From Ascidiella aspersa (lineage: Eukaryota), in assembly GCA_963924565.1 (NCBI GenBank), contig OZ004610.1, forward strand, positions 6,510,001 to 6,574,000: 64,000 nucleotides of DNA. The letters are read 5' to 3'. Below the pieces are notes generated by a model. The model saw only the letters and a list, made by a program, of their open reading frames with translations. It searched no databases and was not told where the DNA came from. This document shows positions 12,961 to 25,200 of the stretch, in pieces (position 1 is the first letter of the stretch; every line of letters starts with the position of its first letter). The position numbers and the translations under genes were made by a program.

Positions 12961-15075
12961 GTGCACTTAACATGGCAGCAACAGATCACTGGTAACATAA
13001 CAAATGGTGGCCTGTTTTTGTTTAGGAACCGTGGCCACGTCATTGTGCTAGTTTTGCTCTGGACTTCCGACCGAGTTGTATTACATATTTGCGTGAGTTT
13101 TTTTGCATAGCTGTATCATTGCTCGATACGAAAGCAAGGTAGCACATTTAGTTGCGACTGGCCTGTAATCGCGTTCCTTCAAGCTGTCGCCACCTGTTTC
13201 CTATCCAAATAAAATGCATTTAAAAAGTCACGTAAGGATTGCCCGATTTTAGTTACTCTTTTAAAACGCATGAAAATACTTTCAATGAATCTAACATTAA
13301 TGTGTTTTAATGATTATTAATTTGAAGCATTGCTGGGTGTTCTTATGATCTGTCATTGCTCCGAAAAAAAAAGTTCCACTTGTTATTAATTTAACCTAAA
13401 ACGGATAATTTAACAAGCATCATCATTAAATGCTTTGTTAAACGAAACGTATACGAAATTTAAACGGAAAAACCTTTATACCGAAAACGTTAGAATCGGG
13501 AGAAAATTGGATTCAAACTGCATTTTTATTCGTGGTTACCAAGATTTTGAGACGTCGAACTAGACCTTATGTGAATATTTGGAGTTATAGCTTAAGTCAT
13601 TGGATCAACCAACACTAATTTAAAAGCATTTTTGTATCGGTAGTTTGCCAACTAATTAAGTCGGTCTTTTTGGCTTTGAGATTCATATTTACATGTGCTA
13701 TTTGTTTTATTCCCAATAGTTTTTGTTTTGGTAAAATTGTTTATATTTGGCTAAGTCAAGATGTCTACGGTTAATTTCGGTTACAGGAGAGAAACGTTAG
13801 TTACGAACCTCTGATAATCTGGTTCTGGTTATCTTTGTAAAGCCTCGCACAACAAGACCTCTAATTTTTAAAGTTACAACGCTCCAAGTGATCAGTCGTT
13901 TATTTTGTAGCACGCGTTGGATGGCGCCAAAGATTACAAAGTTTACGACAAAAGAAATCACTTTTAAAACGTAAACATGATTTATCATTATAACGTACTA
14001 TTGTGAAAATGAACCCTATTTTTTCGTTTACATGCATAGTAAAAGCAATACGTATATTACATAAATATGCAGTGTCTTGTTATACAATACAAAGGAAAAC
14101 GGCCTTTTAAAAGCGATGAAAATGCATTTAGCATTTGTGGGCGTATCGAAAAACGCTACATTTTTATTCAAAATACCACAATTGTATTTTAGAATAAAAT
14201 AAGAAGGCAGAAAGTCTTCCTCTGACCGAATGAAGCAACGTTTTGCGAAAGCTCGAAAACTAAAAAATACAATTTGTCAACAATGCCACTTTTTTTCAGA
14301 TTTTTAATAACACAAATACGGCTATCAACCAAGATAAATCAGTATTTAGCGATATTTTTTTACATTAAATCTCAATAACCCTGCAACTTTATTTTTGGAA
14401 TGGCACAGTTGACCCAAGTTTTGCGCTAGGAATGCAGGCGTTAAAATAAAAATATCCGTCGATAAATAGAAAATTAGAAATAAAAAATGCAACTTTTAAT
14501 TGTGCAGAGCAATATTTAATTGCCACAAATAGGCTAAAATTGCCACAAATAGGCTAAAATTCAATTCAAATGTGTTATAAGCCAGGAACCCTAGCACACA
14601 ATTTTATTGATAAAACTACAATTGCATCGGTACCACATAATGTTTTTCATTCGCATCGCGAATAAGTCACAAAGTTCTTGAAGATTGAGGGCAAAAAAAT
14701 ACAATTTGTATATCGCGAAAAGAAAACGAGTCGACTGGTGGGAAACAACGCACAATTGCGTTTTAAGCATATCAAAAATGTCGATTTAACAAATCCAAGT
14801 AAGGATATTGTATTTAGCTTTTTTAGGTTTACCTTTTTTAGGTATTTTTTTCTTGGCGATAGATATCTCACATTCGAAATCGTAAAAAAAAGGATTTGAA
14901 AATGTGCATCTAAAGTCTAAATGCTGTCACTCCTTTACTGAAAAGAGTAAAAATGCGTTTTAATAAAAAAATGAGACGCCTTGATTCAATTCCCGTTACT
15001 CTCGAACACTGACACTCGTCCTTATAAAAAGCAACGGAAGTTAGGTAGAAACAAACCACAAAACTGTGCTGCACA

Positions 15076-17724
15076 CTACACTGGGGTCGCCTGAACCGAA
15101 GAGTCGGGTCCAGGCCTCGCAATCGCCGCAGCCGTAGTTTTCGGAACGCCGATGACTAGTTCGGAAGCCGCTACACCGTCCGCCGGGATTCGGGGCGCAT
15201 TTTGCCGCGCGAACCGCGTCGTCTGAGCGGAGTGCCGCGGCAGCGAGATCGAAGCACGGAGCGGCGGACGGCGGCTTCCCGGCTTGCGTTTGCCGGAGAA
15301 GACGCGCCCTGGCGCCGCTGGCCGGTCGAGCGAGTCCATGCCGCCGGCGCTGGGCACGGCGATCGAGTCGATGATGTCGTCTATGTGACGCCGCGGCGTC
15401 TCGACAGACGCGAGCGCGCCGGTGGCGCTGTACGGCGTGCGGAAAGTGTTGGTGCCGGTGGCGCGCGTCGCTCGCGGTTCGGACGCAGGGTTGGTGGAAT
15501 TGGGTTGTTCGGTTTGCTGCGTACCGAGGCTCTGTTGCCGGTTGTCAGACGAGCTTTGCGCCCCGCCTTCGTCGCTTTGCTCGTTTTCCTGGTTGAAGCC
15601 GAGGTTGACGACGCCGCTTACGACCTACAAGAAACCCAAGTATTAGCTTCTATAGTTGAAGAAACGCGTATCAGCTTCTAGTTTTTTTGGTTTTTCCTTT
15701 TGGTTTTATAAGGAATGCTTTACGATTTTATCGTTTCGTCGTTGATTGTCTTCTTATTTTCGATTTATGTGTGCGGAGTTGGTAACTTTAAAGGTTCTGT
15801 TAGATTATATTTTTTTCTTGTTAGTTTTGCAAAGTAACTGGTCGTGTTTGGAGCCACTATCATTTAATGTAAGTTTTGTGTTTAAAATATAACATATGCC
15901 TGACGGGTAAAAAAAAAGGTTCAAGCCAAATGACATCAATTTTTAGACCAATATCAATTAAAAATATTAAGCTAAATTGGAAAATTGGTTATACACTCGT
16001 TTAAACCTTCAAAATACGACTAGTACCCCTTTGTAGTTTTTTTTAACTCGTTTTAAGCCTTTCAAAGTACAAGTCCACACCTTTATACTAAATAATCGAT
16101 ATACTTTAACCATCAGAGTTCAAATTAAAATCATTTATTCTACCTGATAGTAAGCGGGCGGTGATTCCCCGTTCTCGATTGTGGCCAACACCTGGCCGTA
16201 GCTGGGCGGACTGTCCACGTACTCGCTGACCGTCGAGACGCCGTTGGCGCCGCTGCCTGACTCCCCGGTGCCCCTCAGCGACGAAATTTGCACCGCGTTG
16301 GCGCGGGTCGACGCCCAGCGCTTTCGGACCACTTTAAGGACGAGCCTGCGGGTCAAAAACGGGGTTAAGGTAGGGTCAATGTTGTGATGAATTAAGTCTA
16401 TGACTTAGGCACTTAAGTCACTGTTTTCAAATTACCTGACTTGACTTAAAGACTTTTGGGCAAATTTTGTTGTTCAAATTGAATACAGAGTTATTTGAAA
16501 CGTTCAAAATGATACCTACTTCTGTATGGACTTTGCTATTCTTAATACGTTTTACTACAACCTCAAACCATTATGCTCTAAAGACTTGACTCAAGTCTTT
16601 TGGACAAAGAACTTGACTTGGACTTAAGTTATTAAGTCTGACTTGGGTTGAAGTTAAGTGTTCTTTTTTAACATTTTGTTATACAATTGAGTTACTTAAT
16701 TCAATTGTTGTCCGTAAAACGATAAGTTTGCTGTATGTTGTTCTCTCTTGTTTACCAAGTTCAAAGTTTTATAGCTTTCGTTTAATATCAGTAAATCGAC
16801 GTAAAATTGCTCTAATAATGACTTGAATAGGACTTGCTTGGGTAAACTGATGAATTGGAATGGGACTTGGACTTGAGTTATGTCACAAATGACTTGAATG
16901 GGACATAAGTCATTTGTGAGTCGTTCTCCTTTGCTTTGTTAGTATGGAGAATAAATATCAACGCCTCATTGCAATAAGTAGACTATGCTTTTATTATGAG
17001 TACGTTTTTTTCAGTGAAAAAGTTAAAAAAAAGAGTTAAAACAGATGCAAGTAGTTATGACGTATTTTGCTTTTAGATTGGACAGCTGTGCGTGTTGCCC
17101 GAAATATTTGGTATTGGGATAAATACGTAGTTTTAACAGCTATATAGGTCTAGGTACATCGCATAGAATTTTCGGTTCAAAGGTATTGAAAAAATTGGAA
17201 ACTTTGGTAATTTAATTATACTTAAATGCAATTAAGTAGTCAAGGAATCGCATAAGATCCACTTTCCAATGATTTACTTATAACCTTGGAGCTTAATGGT
17301 TGGAGGTTGTAGTAAGACGTGTTAAGTAAGAATATCAAAGCCTATACAGAAGTAGGTAGCATTTCAAAGTTTCCAATATAACTTTATTCATTTTCAACAT
17401 GACCTACTTTAAAAAATGAATAAAGATATATTCGAAGCTAATCAGCGTATAAAAAACACTTAATTCTACCCTCAAAATCTGCGCCACTCACCTGTGCAAA
17501 ACCAGTCCGATGGCGATGAGGATAAACACTCCTAGCACCAGAAGGATCGGGAGCAGAATGCGAAACTGGGAAGATACGGGGAAGAATCCTCCGCTTCCCG
17601 GGAGGTCCGTCGTGCTTCCTGCAACCATTAAAGTCCCAGAGCTCTCCGTGATAACGGTGCTGGTAATCCGATTGCGAAGGCGTAGTCTCTGCAGGAGGCA
17701 TTGGAGATCACTGCAAGGCTCCAT
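15076..17724 (-). CDS. single-pass membrane protein with two PPxY motifs (putative NEDD4-family adaptor), 327 aa; exons 17724-17492, 16345-16144, 15624-15076
   Basis: Canonical splice sites with consistent phases (2, then 0); in-frame TAA upstream of the ATG; TM segment ILLPILLVLGVFILIAIGLVL followed by basic HRLVLKVVRKR; SPPSY and SPPAY; VNLGF; low-complexity tail ending ATPV*. Confidence 0.85.
16377..16920. mobile_element. GACTT-family MITE with a foldback-MITE fragment inserted at ~16470-16580
   Basis: caatgttgtgatg start and GACTTGACTT motifs, interrupted by the reverse complement of the tggttggaggttgtagtaag element. Confidence 0.65.
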
Positions 17725-18859
17725 TGAAGTGGCTTTAAGTCTTTAGGAGCGGTTGAACTTGTATTGTAGTGTTCTTTGTGCCTGTCAGATTAGGCTTTCA
17801 GGTGTTCGGGCTTACTTTCAGTTATTTAGCAGCTATATTGGCGTTTGTATCGCGCAGTTGTACAGCAAAACAACTCGTAATGGATTCGATTTCTGTGCCA
17901 GTGTCTCTCTCTAGCAATTATTTTCACCTGGAAAAAACAAAAACACGCTGATGGGAAAAACTCAAGCCACGTGCCTGGTCAGAAGTGCCCGGTGCTCTGG
18001 ATTTAGACGACGTAAAACACGCAACAGATAACAACCTAATTACCACCTTTGATCGCAAGCCTAAAAGACCTCGCGTCGAGTGTGTGTCACTTGACATCGG
18101 CTTAAATAGCTGAAACTCGGCTCGGGTAACTCCTATATATCCTAAACCTACAGTTCTTCCCAGCATTGTTTTGCCACAGCGCGTCGACATTTGTTTTTCA
18201 GCGAGCTATTAAAAAATGACGATGTTGTTATGACGCCGCAATAAAGCAATACGTCAGCTCGCCAATCGCGAACAGGCGCTTTCTCACTAGAGCTGTTCTG
18301 TGTGCGCTACCATCAGGGTCAATTTAGCGATAGTTTTAACTGCTGATGGCTGCTCTCGAAGAGCTACCGTGTTCGCTAACACAACACCGACAGTGACTCG
18401 GTACTTGGCCGGATCACAAGGCACTGCTTTGTAAAAACACTGGCCTGCCGTTATTGCCTATTCTGCCACCAGGATTCCTATGCTGGACTGTGTAGACAAA
18501 CCGTTCCTGATTAAACGCGCCCAGAATTCCTGAACTGTAAGGGGAAGGCTTTTGCCAACTTAAGTGAGCTGTCAACCAGCGTGGTTGTTCGAAACAAGAA
18601 TTTGCCTTGATTGCTTTGTGCTTAGAGAACTGCGCCCTTGCAAGAAAAATACCTTAAAATAGAAAGCAAGGCACTACTGAAATACCCAAATCGAAGTGGA
18701 AAAACGTCATTGAAGTCAACTGTGATCCTTGTGCTTAACTGCAAGTTCAATTAACCTACATTTCCGTGCCTTAAACTAAATATATAATAAAGTTTAGAAC
18801 GCTGTCAACTCTGTGTAATGATATAAGTCCCATTCTGTGTAATGATATAAGTCCCAATT

Positions 18860-19234
18860 TTTTATAAAAGTGCTATTCAAGTTGGTTTAAATAAATAAAA
18901 AGTCAAATCCCGGTAAGTTATTATAAGAGCAAGTCAAGTTCTGATTAAAAAGCTAAACGTTAAACTATTAAAATTGGTAAACTCGTTTATTAAAATTGGT
19001 AATGAGCGATAACTCAACTAAAATCAACAAAAACGCAACATATAGCAAGCCAATTGTTAAATATTCAATTTTTTAAAATGCTTAATAAACACAATTCATT
19101 TCAACGCACGTCATCCGTTCAAAAGACTCAAGTCAAGTTAAGCCATTTTGCCCCAAAGACTTAAGTCAAGTCATTTAAAACCAGCGACTTAATTCAAGTT
19201 ATCATTATCATTGACTCAAGTCATTACACTACTG
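18860..19234. mobile_element. GACTT-family MITE, reverse orientation
   Basis: aagtcaagtc motifs; ends gactcaagtcattacactactg. Confidence 0.65.
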
Positions 19235-22200
19235 CTAATGAAACCAGCTATGGATTCACGTAAACAAAAGCCTTAGCGGCTGCTGCAGTTTTCTTTATTC
19301 GCCCAACTCTACCCGGCAAGCGAAAATTTCAACACCCAGAGCAGTCGCGACCTTTTTGTTTACAAAAAACGGCCGGCGAGCGAATCAAAGCGAAGGTACA
19401 GCGGTAATCGCGAATTCACGGCGACCTCGGGAGCGAAATGAACGATTGGCGCGGGGCCCGACATCAGTAGCAAAGCCGCTGGGAAATCAGGCCTCATTGA
19501 CGCGGACGCCGGTCCACACGCAAAGCTAATTGCGACGGGATGCCACATCAATTACCAGCCATATGCGCAAGGCCGCGAAACGATAACCTCTCAATCAGCT
19601 GCCTTTGAATATGAAGGAATTTAATTTTGTTTATTAGAAGCGCCGGTCGATTGCGGATGACACGCTATTGAAGATGGCCAAAAGTGAAGCGCAAGATTAT
19701 TCGGTCACATCTATAAAGGAACAAACAAACAATTACTCTCTTCTCGTAAATAAAAAGTGCCAGACCTATAATATACAGGACAATAATTGTAATCAACTTT
19801 ATAATATAAACACATTACACCCTAGCAGCGATATATACTTTTTCAGCTAATTCGGCGCACAGCCCTTAACTTGGTCAACTGATGGTCTTTTCTGGCTTGA
19901 TTGCGGGACATTACCGAGCAACTGTATCCGTTTTCGCGCACGATAACTTTCTAAAACCTGACGCCGGCGCGACGCTCATAAGTCACGCGGTAACGAGATT
20001 GGCGCTGCTTAAAAAGCTCACGAGCTTAATCCTCGTTTCCAAGTATAACCATCGATCGTTTGCTTTGCAGCAGCTCTTTTCAAACTCTTTCGGTTACGGC
20101 AGGCCGGTAAATCTTAAGTTTATTGGTGATTTAGACGAGTATTTATTTACTTTTTAACAATCAATCAACTTGAGTTTATTGGAGCAGTTGATTTTAAATC
20201 TTTTTTTTTAAATTTTACATTTTATGCACATTATGTGACTGCCTATGTATACTACTGAAGCTGGACAAAAAATTCTTGGAACATAAGGATTTTTTTCGGC
20301 TTGACAAAGACTGGTTCTTATAGTGATGACATGTTTAAGCTAGTTAAACTTACATGGCGTTATTGTACCAAGGATCATTTCAACCGCACATGAAAGGCGT
20401 AAAACGAATTGCCCTCTTTAACACCGCTTTGAACTCAAATACCGCAAGGCAAAACGATAAACTGCTGCTAGTAACGCATCACGCTGTTGTTCGGCTTACC
20501 TGTTTAAAACCTAAAACGGTTCGCGTTTCTTTGAACACTTAAGTTCGTCGGATTTTCGCCGCTCGTTTAGAAATTAGCTCACCAACATTTTTTTTAATAT
20601 AAGCTACAACTGGTTACTAATTCACCTGCCTTATTAGCCGGAGCAGGAATATTTAGCTCACGAATAACCCACACACGTTAAGTCAAGGTGGAGGTCACAG
20701 GCCCCAATTTCTTACTAAATCGGCACCGTTTTTCGAGGTTCTCATTCTAAATCTGTGGGGTGGGGATAGCGAAACGGCCATATACGCCAAATTGTCGTTG
20801 GTCAGCAAACTCGGCGAACAACACTGACTGTTTTCCTCGCCTCAGTTTTGATTTCAAATCATTAAATCAGTGTCTCACTGGTGTCGCAAAGTCCAGCTGA
20901 CCTTGATTCTTTGTTTACGGGCAAATCTTGACGGACGGACGCCAAAGACAAGCAAGTCTAGCCTGTTTCTGTTTCGAAGCCTTGTCGCAATTAATTTCGT
21001 GATGTATTTACGCTAATACACCTATACAGTACATTAGCGGTATGTGAGGTGGTTGGGTTGTTTAAATGCACAAATGCGCAAATATATTTATCCAAGGTAA
21101 GACGAAACTCCCAAAACGTCAATATTATTTTTTTAATAAAGTTATTGAGCTCAAATTTCGACACATGTCTTATAACTCTACCCTATCATGCAATCAACTT
21201 TTTAATTAATAGATTATTTATTTTTGCGGATTATTACCGATGTTCAATTATATTAGCCCATAACATGTTAAAAGAGAAACATACAAAAAAACCTTGGTGC
21301 GTTCTTTATAAATGGTCATACTCGACCGCCAATTTTTTCCGGGTTACGTATAAAAACTATCCCTACTTAGTGTCCTATCACTCTTAATAGTGTAAACTAA
21401 AACTCAGCTATAGCTGTTTTGTATAGGATTGCATGTTGATTTTAGATATCGTGAGATATAACGGTGCCCACGCTGAAGAGTTCGCTTCTCCGCGTTATAT
21501 CAATATCGGTTTTGGGAGGCCAAATTAAAACGCGCTTGCGGTACTAGCCTTTGCAGAGGTTTAGAGCCTGTTTTGCCAAGCGTCTGTGCTTTGCTAAAAT
21601 ACAAGCAGAAAGTGATTAAACAAAGTTGTGAAAACACTGCCCAATGGTTTCCAAATTTTTTTTTATAATTTTACCCTTGCTATTTTTTAATGAATGAGAT
21701 TGGCGAAAAATAACTTACTGTATAGGAATAACGTCACTACTAAGGAACGATGTAAAATAGGATGTGCATAAAAAAGGAATACCCTATAGCGAAGTGTAGA
21801 TTGGCTCACACCTTGCTTTATTGCTTTTGCCTATGATGCGTTGGGTTTACAATTTTTTACAAGGCTAGCAATTTTTTTGTGATTTGCCCTCCAAATGAGA
21901 TAACAGATAACCATAGGCTTGTCTGGATCCGCTAAGAATTCTCAGTACGGCAGCGACAGGCATGGATCGCTCCCAGCGAAAGTCGACTTTTTGATAAATA
22001 TCTTACAAAGACCAAAATTGCACCTAATTATTGACCACGATAAGCGTCCAAAGAAAAATTTACATATAGCAAGCGCCTATACGAAACAAACTGTTTGGAA
22101 TCTGGCTAATTTGTGACAACCAATTTAATTGAAAGAATTTAAATTACCCAACTTCTACTTGGGTTGATTTCATTAACTTTAACGATACCGGCTCACGACG

Positions 22201-25200
22201 TATGATTTACTAGACACCTTTAAATAAAGCCAGGGCCAAAACCGTGCAAATAAAGTTGGTGGTAGTCCAACGTAGCAAAACAGCCTTAAATTTATATCAT
22301 ATTGCGAAATTGGACAAAAGAGAACACCCCAAAATTTCATAAGCTCGCACTAAAAACTCAATTTTCCGAAATGATCAGGAAAAACATATTTGCGATTATA
22401 AAACATATGACTTCTCATTGGGATCTTTTTTATCTTTCCACTAATAAAAACACGTACTGTATACGGTAAATAACGTTAGGCTTTCGGCTAAAAATACAAA
22501 GTAAATATGGTGCTAACAAAAATCCTTTTAAAGATATTTTCTGCTGATCTATCCCTTACATGACGCTGTAGGCACACCTCAATCAAAAACGACCGACATT
22601 GCTGGTAGTTTGACGATTCAATCGCAATACACAGCAACTTGTTGGAGAGCAAACTGGCGCGAATGGACTGCGTGACTTCACGAAAAGTGCACGACTTTCT
22701 CTGCGCCGCAAAATAAACACCTCCGCTGGGATTCTTGGTTTTCGTCGAGGGAGCACGTTGCTCGGAAACCTAATATAATCGCCGTTTCGGCAATATGCAA
22801 TAGCACTCGGAAATTTGGCGTTTAAGGCTACTGCATTTCTAAGGACTGCAACGTTTTTTTTTGCAACGTATATCTTTACAACTGTTGGAATAACCTCGCA
22901 ATAACCAGAAACAGAAAACTAAAGTAGTCTTTGCTTGACTGTAGGAAACCACTTTTACTTAAAAAGGTTCATATTCAATGCTAATTCACCAAGTCAAGAA
23001 TGCGCGTAAGCATTTTTTTTTGAAAATCATTTTGAATTCAAAAACAGGCATCACCTTTTTTTCCGTTGTTCTACTGCAGGTCGATTTTTAATGTGCAATG
23101 TCGTTTTTTTAACAAGCTAAGCTGCATCCTGAAAGAAAACGTTCACAAAGGCTCAAACGTCTACCAACGAAACAAAACATGACTAACGCAGACCCATCAG
23201 TCTCTTTTCCAAACGGGCGGCAACCTTGCTGGAAAACACGTTGACGCACACTCGTACAAAAAGTTGCAAAGCAGGTATATTCGGGGCGCCGCAAACCGCA
23301 AGTCCAACGCAGAGTGCGCACCTGCCTTGCCGCCATAGCAAAGTCTAACAGCAGTCTATGCGATCGAGCGATATGCGTATTACCGGATCGGACGCGTGCC
23401 ACTAATGAGTAGTGCATTTTGCCAAACGGAGAAGGACGCAGGGGCAGTGCTCTCTAAACGCCCCGCGAAAGTTTAACTCATATTCTAACCAGGGCAGCGG
23501 CAGTGCCTCTGGCTAGCAGCATTTGCCGGCGTAATTGTTGAGTTTGGCGAATAGGACTCTTCTACTTTGCGCTTCTGCCGCCACAGTACGGTTCATTTTC
23601 CTATATGGGCAGCAACATGGCCTATAATACACACACGTGAAGCACTTAGCGTCAATTTTAGCGCGGCGCTGTATAGAATGGCACAGTGAACGTTGTACGA
23701 TGTATATTAGAATAGAGCTATCACATAACGAATGACCCTTTATTGAACAATTACCGGTTTAATTTGCAACGGCCGGGCACCCAAAGTCCAACCACTACCG
23801 ATGTGCAAGGTATTTCGGCGCATTGATTGATTTTATGTCCGACGGGTTTATATTATTGTTGAACACGACAGACTTAGTTTAAGTTAGAATGAGCTTTGGT
23901 TTAATAAAAGTCAAAATAAATCTAGTTTTTCAAAGAATTGTTATGATTATCTCTTTGTCTCATACCCACTAATGTATTGTAATACCATAATGAGTGCAAT
24001 AAGACAACACTTTATACGCCTTTTTTTCAAGGTATTGTGTTAGCCTTTAATCCCAATACAGAAATTTGATTGTTGAAAAAAATTATTTTTATGTTCATGA
24101 CGTCACCTATTTTTTTTTTGCGTGCTATGTCGTCACGAAGGTTAAAGAAAACTCAATTTACCCTAACGTCGTAAACGTAAGAAATAGCCGCAAATATAAA
24201 ATTTACTAAACAGAGCAATAGTTAGGAACGCAATACACGGAGTTTTTAAATGTTGATTTTATCAAATATAAAAAGACTTTGGTGTTTTTAATGAAAGTCC
24301 AATACTGTTTATTACGCTTTTGGTCGTAGACTGCCTTCGTTACAAAAAAACAACAGTGCAACAATTTACCTTTGCAGCTGGTAAAATCAAAACAAGCTTG
24401 GCGTGTAGTAAGAATAACATTGAAACCCAGGGAGTTTTGCCAAAGCAAAGGTGATGTGTCTTTCAGGATCAATGACAACAAGATCGCCAGCCGAGCACGT
24501 AATGACGTTTTCGCTGGAATTCTACGGCCAACGGATGACGGAGGGGTTGGGCTTAAGTGCAACTTTCTGCTAATTGTAATTGTCGCTTACGGCAGGAGAT
24601 TGTTCACGACCCCCCGACGATTCGTTGTACTTGTAACGAATTAATGATTAAGCATCCGTGAGCGAGATATTAACGTTGCTGGCCTATTTGAAGGGAAATA
24701 TTTCGATAAATTTCATCTAAATGTTTTAACGAACAAGGCGAACTCCTATACTTGGGTCCTAATCTTGCTAAATGACACATTACATTACTTCTCTTATTTA
24801 AACTGGACTTTCATTGACGATATCTAAATTGTTAATAAAATGTTTAAGATACCCTTCTCCAAGTTTAGCTGTACTTTGTTGTCATAGTTGGCAATCTACC
24901 TTTGAAAACTGTTCGGTGCTTATTTATCTATCCTTCTTTTCTCACACTTTTGCCCTTTACGCGAACCAGATAAAATCACTAACCAGTAACCAAAGCCTAA
25001 TACAGCGAGTGATTCAAGTTACAACATGTCTTCCACAGCTTTAACTGCGTTTTCTCCCTGTTAACCCTATACCTTGTGACTATACATACATACTGGGAAG
25101 GTAACTTAGCAGATTTTTTCTATGCACACCCGCTTGGCAAAACATTCTTCAGACAACGATCCACTCCACGAAAGCACGACAACTCGGACTCGTACATTTC

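Noticed and set aside
15202-15681. 159-aa plus-strand ORF, and plus-strand ORFs over GRB2 and GPx exons
   Set aside because: Antisense shadows of GC-rich minus-strand coding exons.
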